Shown here piece after piece: positions 36,703-48,554 of a stretch of 64,000 nt of DNA; position 1 is the stretch's first letter; the number at the start of each line of letters is the position of its first letter. Under the pieces are notes generated by a model. The model searched no databases. It saw nothing but the letters and a program-made list of their open reading frames with translations, and was not told the origin of the DNA. The DNA comes from Phoronis australis (taxonomy: Eukaryota > Animalia > Phoronida): assembly GCA_002633005.1 (NCBI GenBank), contig NMRA01000029.1, positions 450,956-514,955 on the forward strand, in the 5' to 3' direction. The translations under genes were made by a program, and so were the position numbers.

Positions 36703-38649
36703 CTCCTCCTCTGTACAAGTGCATACACATGGACACAACCGTTAGTAAATACGGTCCAGACACGTGTTACCGCCAGGTCATTTCACTTTAGATACAAGGT
36801 CATTTTATTTTTGGCATCACGCGAGTCGTCCCACTTTGTACAGGCTCTAAAAAGATAAGAAACGAGAGCAATGTTGGGTCTACGTCCAGCGGATAATGTC
36901 ACGCCAGTTGAAGCTATAAATCTAGGCGACGAATGCACAATTTAGGTAACAGGACTCACAAATACTTAGATTTCCCAATTTATGTGAAGGTTATTTATAG
37001 TGAGTATCATGATCATTGATACTTATTTAGGGGGGATGAAGGGGTAATTGAACGTAAACATCTCACATGTAAACGGTCAAAACTGAAAGTTTAACAGATA
37101 AATATACGGGTTATGTGTTTTTTACAAATGCACACTTTTCCTTTAATTTCAACGAGACTCGGGGTCTGCAAGATTTTGTCTATTGATAAAGGTTCATGTC
37201 GGCAGGTATCGAATTTCCTCCCTGCATCTTGTCCGCTAGGGGCTAGAGAACACGCAGGTATCGTTCAACAGTACACGTTTTATCACTAGTTGATGTTACC
37301 TCGACAGCCATTGGTTAGCTTTACAACAAACAAAGAAAATGGCGGATTGGGAACGATGTTTAGCGTTGTCAATATCTTTGAGAACCAAGTTTTCTCTCTA
37401 TTGCAAATATTTTGTTTCTGAAGGAATGTTTAATAGCTGCGTGGCCGATTTAACCAGTGTGATGTATTCATACAGTAACGTAAACAAGTGTCAGCGACAG
37501 CAGAAAAAATCCACACCGAAAAGGCACAACCACTACTTTCCGATTCACATTTCTTGAACATATCCCAATTAAGCACCGATTTGTCTGTACAACAGAGCAC
37601 AAACTAAATCCACATTAATTTCATGCTTCTTCCATCAGTCTACAGGCCGGTGCTTGAGTTTATCTGTTCGTCAATCCCCACTGACGTCGCTCACTATTAA
37701 TTTCGTTATGAGTCATTTGGGAATTCACCCGTGCATCAGTCATATCAGTTTTGCTGACAATGGTACCAGCGAATCAGAAGCACCGATGTAAAAACATTTC
37801 CCGAGGAAAATTAAACGATACCTGGGTGTTTTCTACCTCCTAGCGGACACACAAGGAACCAGCGAGTTTACGGTGAACACCTACTCTGTCGCACATTCAG
37901 GCAACATCCCGGCGCGATGACTTCCGTCTTCTAGTTGAAGTCGATCATCAGTCTGTTGGATTGCAGTGTCTGACAGCACACGTACATAAACGGTAGCCCA
38001 AAGCGCTCTGCAACTGTTGCAGTCACGCTTGGTTTGTGCGTTTTTCGCAAACCTAGGGATGTTTGATAAGTAAGCGTGATATATTACACGCTAGTTTATT
38101 CCTTAGTAAAATAATTACATGTATGTGGGGTTTAGACATTTGCGATCTGCTTATTTGATTTTGTGAAAATGTTTTGCTCAGTGTGCAAACGTGCTTGTGC
38201 AGTCCTAGGTTTTAGTGTTTCTTCAAGTGTCTTTCAAGGATCTAGGACAGGGATCGGCAATGATTTTGGGGTGTTGGGGTCATATTGGGAAATATCTATG
38301 GACTGTTGTCATTGGGTCGCGGGTCACAGTAAATCAGACGGCCCGACCATCGAGTTTACCAACAACAGGCGATTCCGATCGCAGTATGCCAGTGGCCGTT
38401 ATTTTTCCGATCAGAGTCGTAATGGTGTACACGTAATGGGCGTCACTCCAGTAGGCGACTAAACAGACGGCCAAAAAGAACATAAAATTGATGACCACCA
38501 AGGAGAGCGACCGCACGACATCGCTGGAGGCAGTGGGAGACAAAAATGTTTTGCTAACAGTAAAGGTAGTCGCGCGAAATTGTTGGCTACCGGCAGGTTT
38601 GCCTTTCTTTTTAGCAGCTTCCGTAATTGTAACTTTCTAGGGGTTAAGA

Positions 38650-38800
38650 GTGCGGCGCAACACTGGAAAAAGTGGGGGCAAAAGCCCCCCCGCCTCCAGC
38701 CCCCCTGTGGTGGGCCACCTATAGACCATGGGCGGTGCAGCAGTGGAAAAAGTGGGGTGCTATAGCCCCCCCCCGAGCCTGTTATGGTGCGCTGCCCATG
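38650..38800. mobile_element. Partial or tandem copies of the CATGGGCGGCGCA-type MITE
   Basis: CATGGGCGGTGCAGCAGTGGAAAAAGTGGGG...TGCGCTGCCCATG preceded by a degenerate unit. TSD not recoverable. Confidence 0.7.
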
Positions 38801-39010
38801 TGGCGTACTTGTACAAGAATAATTACTTCAAGATTTTTCTGGTGATCAGTTGGCATAGGCCTAGTAGTCTTTGCAATGCTGGAGTTTGTGAAATAATAAC
38901 TAAAAATGTGTTTTAACATTTACTTTCACTTTACAACCAAATAATTTTGAAAATAAATTAAATATCGTACGTCTTTCAGACATTCCATCCTTACTGCAAC
39001 ATTTGCAAAC

Positions 39011-40731
39011 CTAATTTTTTTTATACCTGCTATTAGTCTGTTCAGTGCGTTTTTTTAACAATGCTTTTCTAGCCACTTCCAGTCTGTTATTAGACGTTGA
39101 AATTAGTTTGTCGTCTGATTTTGCTGGTTTGGCACCCTTTTTACCAGCCTCGATCAAGATATTTGCTCTCTCTTTTGTCTGAACATTGGGACGATTTCCT
39201 TTTGGTTCAGCCGGCTTTGAGCTTTCCGCTTTCTTCAAATTGGGACCTATCGTTTGCTTGTCGTTTTTGTGCGAATAACTCGCTTCCGCATCATGATCCA
39301 CGCTACTTTTTCTTCCTTTCTTTGTCACCACTTCCGTTGTACCAGTACCTGTGGTTTCTGGAACTTTCGCCCCATCACTGGTACCATCCTTTCCCGCACG
39401 ATCCTGGACAAACTGTTCAGTTGGTTCCTGGCTGGGAATATGTCCATTTACTGTTTCTGCTGCACACTTGATTTCGCCAAATGTATCCTCACTATTTGGA
39501 GGATTCGAATTTTCCCCACAGGACTTAAAGTGGTCCGGGTTTTTATCACCCGTGTTCTGCTCTTCGGGATAATCATATAAATTGTTTTGTTTGAGGCTGC
39601 TCCTTTCATCTGTACTATTCGGCGCCAAACCATTTTCCCAACTTTTAGCTATTACACCAGATTCCTTCAGCATGTCTTCTGGTGCTGCGGAATCCTCAAA
39701 TGACTGCATCTCTACAAACATTTTCTGTTCCTCCGGCATGCACGTACTTTCCAGCGTAGTTTCTTTTACATCATGCACATTGGCTTTTTCTTCTTTAGCA
39801 AGCAGGTGTTCACTTTGCTTCGTTGTTGCTTCTTGGTAAGTCTTTCGAACACTGCCGTTTTTCACTTGTTGTCTTCCACATTCATCTTCGCTGTCCGCCG
39901 TGGCTTTATTCTTAGAGCTCTCATTATCTGTTAGTTTATTGTTCATATTTTCCTTACTGGTATTTTTTACCAGTTCTTCGCAGGTTCCAGCAGAGATAAA
40001 GACTATGTCATCCGGGTTATCTTCTGTTGCGCCTGCGTCCATCACTACGCAGACGATCGCCTGTTTATTTTGTATGTACTGCTTGAATGCCAAGACTATT
40101 CCTATCATAAGAACGATTGAAAAGATGCCCATGAATACTACAATAATGTAAAATATTGGAGAACGGTCACGTTTCGGTGCTCTGTTGCGTGAAGCTACAA
40201 CTCCTTCACGTACGTGATTTGTTGTCGATGCAGTTTGCTCAATAACCGGTGGGAGCGAAGTTACAGCCACTTTCGACTCGATTACATCTTTACTCGTACT
40301 CGTCCTTATAGTTTCACCAGTCTTTGATGCAGTACTTGATGGCAATGTAACTGAGGAACTGCCAACCTCGAACCAGATTGAGCCAGTTCTCTCCGTGTGG
40401 TCTTGGCGAGGAAATGTTCCATTAACCCGAATACTTGAATTGACAAATAAGTCATGAACCTCGATGAACAATTCGTAAGCAGTGTTAACCGATACCTTTA
40501 TCTCAACTTCCTTTACGAATTTCTCTTCTGCATGCAACACTCGATGAAACCTGGTAGTTGTGGTTCTATTTCCCATTCCGTACTCAAAGTATTTAATAAT
40601 GTAATATGTAGGAGTTGTTTCGCCGACATCGTGCTCAAAAGACCATGTTCTGAACTTAATCATCGCATGTTGCCCATTTTCCGTTGTCTTTACGCCGTTA
40701 AAAGTAGGTAGTGCTCGTAATGTTGGCCATT
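39011..40731 (-). CDS. Type I membrane receptor-like protein, exon 6 (FN3-like domain, Ser/Thr stalk, TM helix, about 355-aa cytoplasmic tail)
   Basis: 1.7-kb open frame with acceptor CTTTTCAG, phase 1. FN3-like pattern (W...YYIIKY...NTAYELFI), TM IFYIIVVFMGIFSIVLMIGIVLAF, charged low-complexity tail, stop TAG. Confidence 0.9.
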
Positions 40732-41063
40732 CTGAAAAGTAACAGTTTGAATTCAAGCATAATCTTTGTACGAGCAAGATATGTCGCTATGTCACAAAAT
40801 CCTGATAACTTTGCGACATAAAGCGGCGGGCGCCCGCCGGGCTATGTCGCAACTGCGATATTTCGGCAAGTCGCGGGTCTTAAAAATCTATGGCCACTCA
40901 CATGCGTTTAAATACAGATAACGTGAATTGAACTCCCGGGTAGCTACAGTTTTGAATGTCCAGAAAATGTTTTTCAATTACCTGTTAAGACTCAAACAAA
41001 ACAACGGGCGACAATTTGTTCTCGTATCGTATTGGTTTGATTTCCTTTATGTAAAGTACTTAC

Positions 41064-41204
41064 GACCCTGACAGTGTGGCAGTCTCAGTGAATGATGAAC
41101 GCAACCAGAGGAGCAATAACTTCTGTGAGTCTCCAGAGAACATTCTAGGCTATTTTTGCAGTTGCACTTGAACGTACCATGGATACCAAATGAGCCGCTT
41201 GTTC
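41064..41204 (-). CDS. Receptor-like protein, exon 5 (degenerate EGF-laminin-like repeat)
   Basis: TTTCTGTTAG acceptor, C|GTAAGT donor, 141 nt, phase 1-1. Translates TSGSFGIHGTFKCNCKNSLECSLETHRSYCSSGCVHHSLRLPHCQG. Confidence 0.85.
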
Positions 41205-41648
41205 CTAACAGAAAAAATGCTTGTAGAAATTAATAATTAAACGCCGGATGACTACGGAAACTGAAACATGCACCCTTTGTTTTGTCTACAAATTATTCCC
41301 AAAAATATTGTGCTGTCTAGCGCTTTCTGGGCTTAACTCCAATTACCGTACACTATAATTTTCCTAATAAATATTTTAAAAAGACATGCCGTTCTTGTTT
41401 TACGTTGGTACAAATAAGATATGGATGGAAACGAGACATTGTCTTTTGCGTTAATCGAACAATACTACGTTGAATTCCATTTTAAATAAAACTGATGTGA
41501 ACCATATTCTGGTCTTAAAGACGTCAAGGTTCTTCACATGCGTATTTGCTCTTTCAAAGGAAGCAAGCAATAACGACCTAAAATCTTGAAATCATGTCTA
41601 ATCTGGGCATCGAACATGTTGATGTCGATTGCACAACCCTTAGTACCT

Positions 41649-42760
41649 GGACCCGTTACATGAAAAGTGATTTAAGACCGAAATTCGGACTACTAGTTAA
41701 GACCGAAGCCTAAATTTCAGAAAATACTGTTTTTGAACACAAAGTCGGATTTTGGTCTTCGGTTTTAACTTAGACAGAAGCAAGACCGTCCCGGATTACA
41801 GTGCGACATTCGGACTCGCTGTATTTACCCACAATACCGCAAACGTCTCGATTTCTTGCCATTGGATTTCCACATGTTATTTGTTGTTGTCTGGTTCTTT
41901 GCAAGGTTTTCTGGGTGGTTTCACTCTATTCATCCTTCCAAGCTTTGCTGCAGTGCTGTGAGCCGTAACTCCGACGTGAAAAGTTTGATTGATAACTGGT
42001 CAAGTATCCGTGAATGCTTGATGTGAAGCTCCTTTCCCGACGTCAATGAGAGCCAAGAAAACGCTAAGCGAGTGGGTAAAACAAGTTCGGCGGGTTACTT
42101 TTGAACATGTTCGTTCAATTGCGGTACTTTTGAACGGATGAAATCAGTAAATTCAATATCCACCGCCCTTCGCCGTTTTCCGACATCATCTGCGAAAATG
42201 TGCTTTGTTTCCAAAAAAAAGTCACGCACTTTTTATCTCCGAAACAAAGTAGAGTTCTATCAACGTGGAATCCAGGACGGCCCCTAAGTTAGTCAGTTTT
42301 TGACATAGAACTAGGTGAGCACACATAACAAACTACGTTTCCGTCACCTGTTGCGAATTCACAAAACTTAGCGAGGCAGTGAATGAAATACGGCTTCAAG
42401 GGTAATCTTGGTCTTGAAACTCTAAACGGGGATTTGTTTACATTTTGGATACAAATGGGATCTCGCTTGCTTGAAAAGACTGTAGTATGAATGGAAAGTA
42501 TCATTTCACAGGTGCCTATAAGTTGCGCTGCATTGTCTCTAAGGCCTTAGCCCGGCGGTTCTCCAATCGAAGGCAACCGATCTTCATTTTGACGTTGGTT
42601 GGCACATAGGTAAACGATTGTAAAATGTATCAACAAAAGTTGTTGCTCAATAGTTTACAATAATAATAATCCTTAATTTTGATCATTTAGACAAACAGTC
42701 CAATCTTAAGCCAACTACCAGAGCACGTCGGTCTTGATTTTAAAATTTCATGAAACGGCG
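41649..42760. mobile_element. Old Harbinger-like TIR element
   Basis: Imperfect inverted ends CCGTTACATGAAAAGTGATTTAAGACCGA and TCGGTCTTGATTTTAAAATTTCATGAAACGG. Confidence 0.5.
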
Positions 42761-43104
42761 GAGCAAAGACATTTTGGTCTTACGTTAGCCGGATTTTGGT
42801 CTAAGTTATGGCAGATGAATCAGTTCTGTCGTCCAGATCAAATGTTGGTTTTTGATAGAAGGCGTGAGTTTACTTTGTCATTATTTCTTACTCACTCAGG
42901 ATGGAAGTAAAAGGACGCAAGGGAAGATGAGTTGTTATTTGTCTGCGAATACAAACTTCGTACACTGTTTTCACAAACGAGAGCATAGAACTTTCACCAG
43001 CAGCACCGCTTGTCTCCCCGACAGGCCATGAAAGACGTTAATGTGTATTGACTATTTACTCTGCGACGTGACGGGGAGGCTGACAAAATAGACTTTAAAC
43101 TCAC

Positions 43105-43293
43105 TGTCAGCTGTGTGCATCCACAGGTGAGTATTGCACAAGCTTATCGACGGTCGTCCAGAAGCTATCTCCTTAGTATATTCAAACGTGATTTTCTCGG
43201 CAAAGGTAGCTATCAACTTTAAGGGAGACTGGAACGAAGCAACGGAAAGCTGCTGACTCGTCTGCCCGTCTGTTATTGTTGCTTTTGACGGCT
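43105..43293 (-). CDS. Receptor-like protein, exon 4 (second half of a putative lectin/galactose-binding-like domain)
   Basis: Strong acceptor ATTCTTTTCAG and donor A|GTGAGT, 189 nt open, phase 1-1. Translates EPSKATITDGQTSQQLSVASFQSPLKLIATFAEKITFEYTKEIASGRPSISLCNTHLWMHTAD. It is not in the ORF track. Confidence 0.75.
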
Positions 43294-44162
43294 CTGAAAA
43301 GAATTAAATGATATGAGGCACGTAGCCAAAAGGTCACTCAACCATTTGTACATCACAACACAGCTGATGACTTGCCGTACATGATACAAGTAACACACTG
43401 AACGTAGTGTTGGAAATCGAGAACACGTAAATAAAACCCCAGGAATTGTTGCAAGAAACATGACTATGAGGATTTATGTTAGAAATTTCGTCAGTGACGC
43501 TTCACACGACTATTTCCACGAAAATAGTTCAATCTCAAGGCAGCAAATTAGAAAGTCTGTGAGAATATTCCGAAAATTGCTGACCAAACGAATCATCTGT
43601 ATACTATGAACCGTTGATTAACTATCCTTTCCTAACAATGACATTCCAAAGACTTGTAGTGACTGAAATGGTACACCGCTATGCAAGTACACTGAAAACT
43701 TGTCTTGTAAGAATCTGCTTTACATGTTTGTGTGTGGGTCCCTAGAATTCTAATTGTACGTACATGTATAAATGCCTCGTATCACCAAGTGTACGTGTCA
43801 GCTTTCCTATCACCACGGCTGTACCCTGTATTAATTCTTCTATTGGATACAACAATTCCGATTGAACAGCATTTTAAAAAAGTGCATGAAATCCGAAAGT
43901 TTCATTTGAATCCGACTTCTAATTTCTGAGGTCAGACTTTGACATCTTTTCCATTTATTGGAATAATTTAGCATTTCCAAGAGGTGGCTTTGTTCTGCAG
44001 ATATTGCGGATTTTCACATATCAACGAACGCGTCTGCTCATGGTTGCTACAGTACTTTATGATTAACTTATTTACTTATGATTAAGTGCCAAGAGGCCTC
44101 AGGGCGGAAGTACCCTGTGAACACGCCCCCTTTTGGGGGAACCTAATAAAAGATGTATTAAT

Positions 44163-47100
44163 GGGGCTATTCGGAAAATCTACAATAACTAGAGGGCGTG
44201 CGTGTACTAGTGGTGATAGATTAACAGCCTCGATTTTGCGAGCCCTTTAAATACATGGTGAAATGGCTTGCAGCCGTGCCAACTGAATCTGAGATTGCTT
44301 AAAAAGGGTGCTTCTATGAGAGGAAGTAAGCACGACCTCATACAAAGGTAAGGTTTGTGATTATTTTAACGATTATTCCATGATTTTTCTACCGATGCCT
44401 GTTAACTGAGGCACTCGCCGATGTCGACTTCGCGGCAGTCAGTCGCCAGCCAGAGTCTGGTTAATCTTTGAATGTTGTGATATGTGATACGATACTTGAC
44501 GTAGCAATCGGGATCTTTTCGTACATCAAAGCATTATTATTGTTTGGAATGATTTCTAAAAGTTTATCAGTGACAGTTACATCAATCAATGCTGAATGTT
44601 TATGCTGTCAACTCGATACAGGTTAATGAGTTAAGATTACAATCCAATCCCAATGGCAAAGGGTACGTGAGTGATAAATATCCATTGCATTAGACTATTT
44701 GTTTACTCCCTATCATATGTCTTCTGGAAATCTATTACACGTTGAAATGGAAATCTATCACGTCAGTTTTCACGTAACCTTTGGTTTTTAGGTTTGAAGG
44801 CTTGTACCGTGCAGAGGAGATATGCATCGCTTCTGCACCGTCCCTGAATGGACAAAAATTGGTTTTTAGCATTTGACTGCAGCTAACCAACAAGATCTTC
44901 CCATCATCCAGTGCAGATCTGTTGTCAAAGCCTACTTTCAATATTGGAGACAACGAACAAAGCCTTTGAAAAGGAACAGCTATTTTTAAAGTCATTTTGT
45001 TAAATTACTTATTCAGGTCCCGAGGGGGGATTGGCATGGGGGGTTGTAATATTTGGTACAACTGAATGTGTGGAAATAACAGGTAATACATGTTTGGGGA
45101 AAAGAGCATGGTGAGGTAATTCTTAACCTTCACGAAGTCCCTTCAAGTTGATTTCATGAAACTGTTTTGCTACTTGTATCAATTGTAAAACCACGAAAAT
45201 ATATTACATTTTCCGAATTCACAGTGACTGAATAGTCTTAACTCATGCCTTGAAATGTTGCAAGTCGTTATAAATTCAAATGACTGCCATTTTTGTGAAA
45301 ATTGCATTTTTGATGGTGCCTTACGATTTGTAATTACTCTTAAACAACAGAAAGATTATCCATCATTTTTAAATGACCCAAGTCTTCATATCTTCTATTA
45401 GAAGAAAAACGGTTCCCTCAACCTTAGGCTAGAAGTATGCTTGACAGACCCATGAACCTGTAATCTGAGTTTAAAATTGCTGAAAGTATCAAAATTAAAA
45501 AGGCTTGAAAATGGGTAACAAAGGTTTGAAGTTGTCTCAAAAAACTTGTATATTTTACAGACAAGTGATGCGTTTAAAGAATTGTTATGGCTAGGGATAA
45601 AAAATAAAGACACAGTTTTATGCAATACTCATTATATACACCCTTGGTTTCTGAAAATAGTAATTATTTACTTTTATGTGAAACTGTAGACCAATCGCCA
45701 TATATTTTTGAAAAACAGGGATAACATTTTTGATCCAATCTGGAGTACTTAATTATTCATATTTCAATATTTGTTCCAGGTTCAGTGACATTTTAAGGCC
45801 ACTTCAAGCTGTATCATAGACAAGCTTTGTTACTCCGTTCTCTTCCCACAGCACTTCCACACACCAGCAGTGCTGCATGGCACAATGTGCAAGTCAGTGG
45901 CCCTGGAGAAATGTGAATCGCAGTACTAAGTTACCATAAGACAATGTGCCAGTGGAGTGTCTGTGTATCCAGATGAACTATATCTGACTGCTACACAAAT
46001 AAGCCTTGTTGGCGAGGATGCCCTTTCATAGGCAATGAGTCATGTGTGGACAATAGCTTATTTCCTTTCCTGGAAGAAACATGAGGGACTGAAGCTAAAG
46101 AAGACCTAGTCACACTCTGGTCTAGTTCAGAGTCTGATTTTGGGCTCAAAACGATTCAAGTGATATGCTGCTGTGTTTACCTTCAAGGGTCTAATTGTGG
46201 ATGTTATTGAGGCTGAATGAGGTTACATGAAAGAAAGCCACGTGTTGAAACTGGACCTTTTTTACAAGCGCTTCTATAGGCCATTGAAACTAGAACCCAG
46301 TGAAATGAAAGCCAAAAGCTGAGTGACATTAAATTTTCCTTTCAGAAGAAAGGCTTTATACTATTGGTAAAAACTTTTCAATTTGGTACAGATTATGGGG
46401 AAATGACATTCAGTGACTGCATCGATTGTCTTATTGTATGTTTTCAATTGTAGCTAGCTGCTATGCACAAGATTCGAGAATAAACAATTATCAGTGTATT
46501 TAAAAACAAATGGCAAACTGAAAAAGCACAGAAAGAAACATTGCGAGGGAGTCCATAATCAGGCATATCAGGTGCTGAATTACTGAATTACGTTCAATTC
46601 TCTCAGGTTATTGCTGAAGGATTGCTTTTCACTTTGTCCAACGGTGAAATAGATGGTCAGGCGGTTGGTTTCAGTTGTTTTTTCTTGCCTGTAACAGAAT
46701 AGAAATATTAGCAAATTGTAAAAGAAAAGACAAGACAAAACTACTTTTGTAAGGCAGAACATACTTGACATTTCATCTTCATGTTTATGTGTAGAAACTA
46801 ATAACCTTTGTACCCAAGTCTTATTTAATATCTGAATTAAAATATGTGAAACAGGCTAAAAGTGATTTAACAATGTGTATTTTTCATGACACTTAAAATG
46901 TGCTTCTGATCTCAACAAGTAAAATTCATTCTAGGTGTCAATTTTTTTCCAATGCAATGTTACGACATTTACTGAATTAAGGCTTATTCATGTTAATTCG
47001 ATAACTGAGCTGGTGGTCCTGGGGGTGGGGTCCACGATAAAATAAGGAAACTCACTCATCTAGAGAATTTTATTGGAAACAGCATAGTTTTGAAGAGAAA

Positions 47101-47669
47101 CTGCTGTGAAAAAGTCACTCTTGACTTCTGTGCATCACGTACCATACACCTCTTATTTTGTGAGCACTGTCCCACCCAGGCCAATATGAAGATGTGCTGC
47201 TAGCCTACCCGGCATCGGGTGAGTTTCCAAAAAGAAACACTTAGTTCCACTCAATAAAACTGTTATTCAGTGGGGTAACTGGTGGGGATAACATCACCGA
47301 ACGATGTTGATAGAAACTGATTGCTAAAAACTTACCAAGTAATGTTGTGTAGTCTCCGAATGGAACTGCATAGTCATAGACATAGAGCACACACGGGGCT
47401 TCAGCATCCACACACTTTTTGTCAGTTAGTTGACCCTGTTGACCGCAATTGTCCACGAATATAGTAACCTTAGGTCTTTTGGGAATTTGTGGCCACCTGT
47501 CGAAGACTTGCACCAGGGAAATTAGCAGTAATAAGGCTTAGCGCGACGACGTATTTTGATAAAAATTCCATCTTTTACCAGTTGTTTACATGCAGAAAGC
47601 CACGCATGCGCAATTCAATCACCACTAGTACAGCAGCGACACCGCGAGGAGAATTCTCCGAATAGCCCC
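44163..47669. mobile_element. ISL2EU-like DNA transposon with both TIRs and AT TSD; convergent SAP-YqaJ (+) and THAP (-) pseudogenes; in receptor intron 3
   Basis: AT|GGGGCTATTCGGA and TCCGAATAGCCCC|AT ends, plus a second exact 15-bp inverted block (44203-44217 and 47618-47632). Plus-strand relics: KKGASMRGSKHDLIQR|gtaag (SAP-like) and GVSVYPDELYLTATQISLVGEDAL...FTFKGLIVDVIE...LKLDLFYKRFYRP (YqaJ-like). Minus-strand relic: YC*FPWCKSSTGGHKFPKD...W.IAVNR...VW...VC (THAP-like). Confidence 0.87.
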
Positions 47670-47889
47670 ATTGATTGGCGTTTTGCAATGATCATCACAG
47701 TGCTAGAAGGAGTGGTTGCATTTGATTCAATCAGCCGGGTCAGTCGGCTAAGACACCTTATTGGTTCTCGATGGCGACTTCCGGATGGCAAACCGGTAGG
47801 TGTCTTATCCTGTTGACCCAGCAGAGCCAATCAAGTGCAGCCACTGTAAACCCAGATGTCGTCTGTTGTGCGCTGAATGTTCCACTCAC

Positions 47890-48078
47890 CCGAATTCTGA
47901 TAAATGTAATAAACCACCCATCTCTTTGCAGGAATGCCTATAACCGTAATGGGCAAGTCACTGTGCTCGATTTCCGTGCACGTTCCATTTAACCCGTCCT
48001 CAATTAGACTCTTATCCACCGCACTTAAGGACTCCATCGGCAGATACGTATACGAAAGTCTGTCGCTGTTTACCGCTT
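47890..48078 (-). CDS. Receptor-like protein, exon 3
   Basis: Acceptor CTGATTACAG, donor G|GTGAGT, 189 nt, phase 1-1. Translates EAVNSDRLSYTYLPMESLSAVDKSLIEDGLNGTCTEIEHSDLPITVIGIPAKRWVVYYIYQNS. Confidence 0.8.
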
Positions 48079-48296
48079 CTGTAATCAGGTAATCAGTTAA
48101 CAACACAAGTTTTGCAAAAACACGCTTAAGCGACACTGGAACAAACTCCTTTGCTCCCTCAGTCATTCCATTTGGCCACAAAGGAAGGTCGATTCTACAG
48201 AAGCATGAATTAAACCCTCCACAAAACGCCATGCTATGCAATTTAACTGTTACCACGCACAGCGGTGTTAAACTACTTTTTACATTGTGAAATTCC

Positions 48297-48392
48297 TTCA
48301 TTGTGGTGCGTGGTTAAGCACTTGGGCTCCATAGAAAATGTCTCTTTCATTGTGGTGCGTGGTTAAGCACTTGGGCTCCATAGAAAATGTCT
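48297..48392 (+). repeat. Near-perfect 49-bp tandem duplication containing a Pol III A-box-like sequence
   Basis: TTCATTGTGGTGCGTGGTTAAGCACTTGGGCTCCATAGAAAATGTCT occurs twice. Confidence 0.9.
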
Positions 48393-48554
48393 GTAACTCG
48401 TGGTAAAGGTTCTATGAGCAGTCTGTTTTCTGTCAGCTTCAATTGAAATTGCGTTGCCAATTTGCCAATGGCTCCAACTTTGGGTGAGCACTGAGAATCT
48501 CTTTTCACTTCTTGTGTCTGAGGGCATTTCATTTGTGCTTTCTGTCACTTGAAC

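Noticed and set aside
36992-36999. TATAAATA about 290 bp upstream of the DFPase-like ATG
   Set aside because: Common by chance in AT-rich DNA, and there is no transcription-start evidence.
47241-47513. ORF first read as a constitutive exon of the receptor gene
   Set aside because: It lies inside the TIR-bounded ISL2EU-like element, another frame shows a THAP relic, and 43105-43293 is a better exon. It is kept only as a possible cryptic exon.
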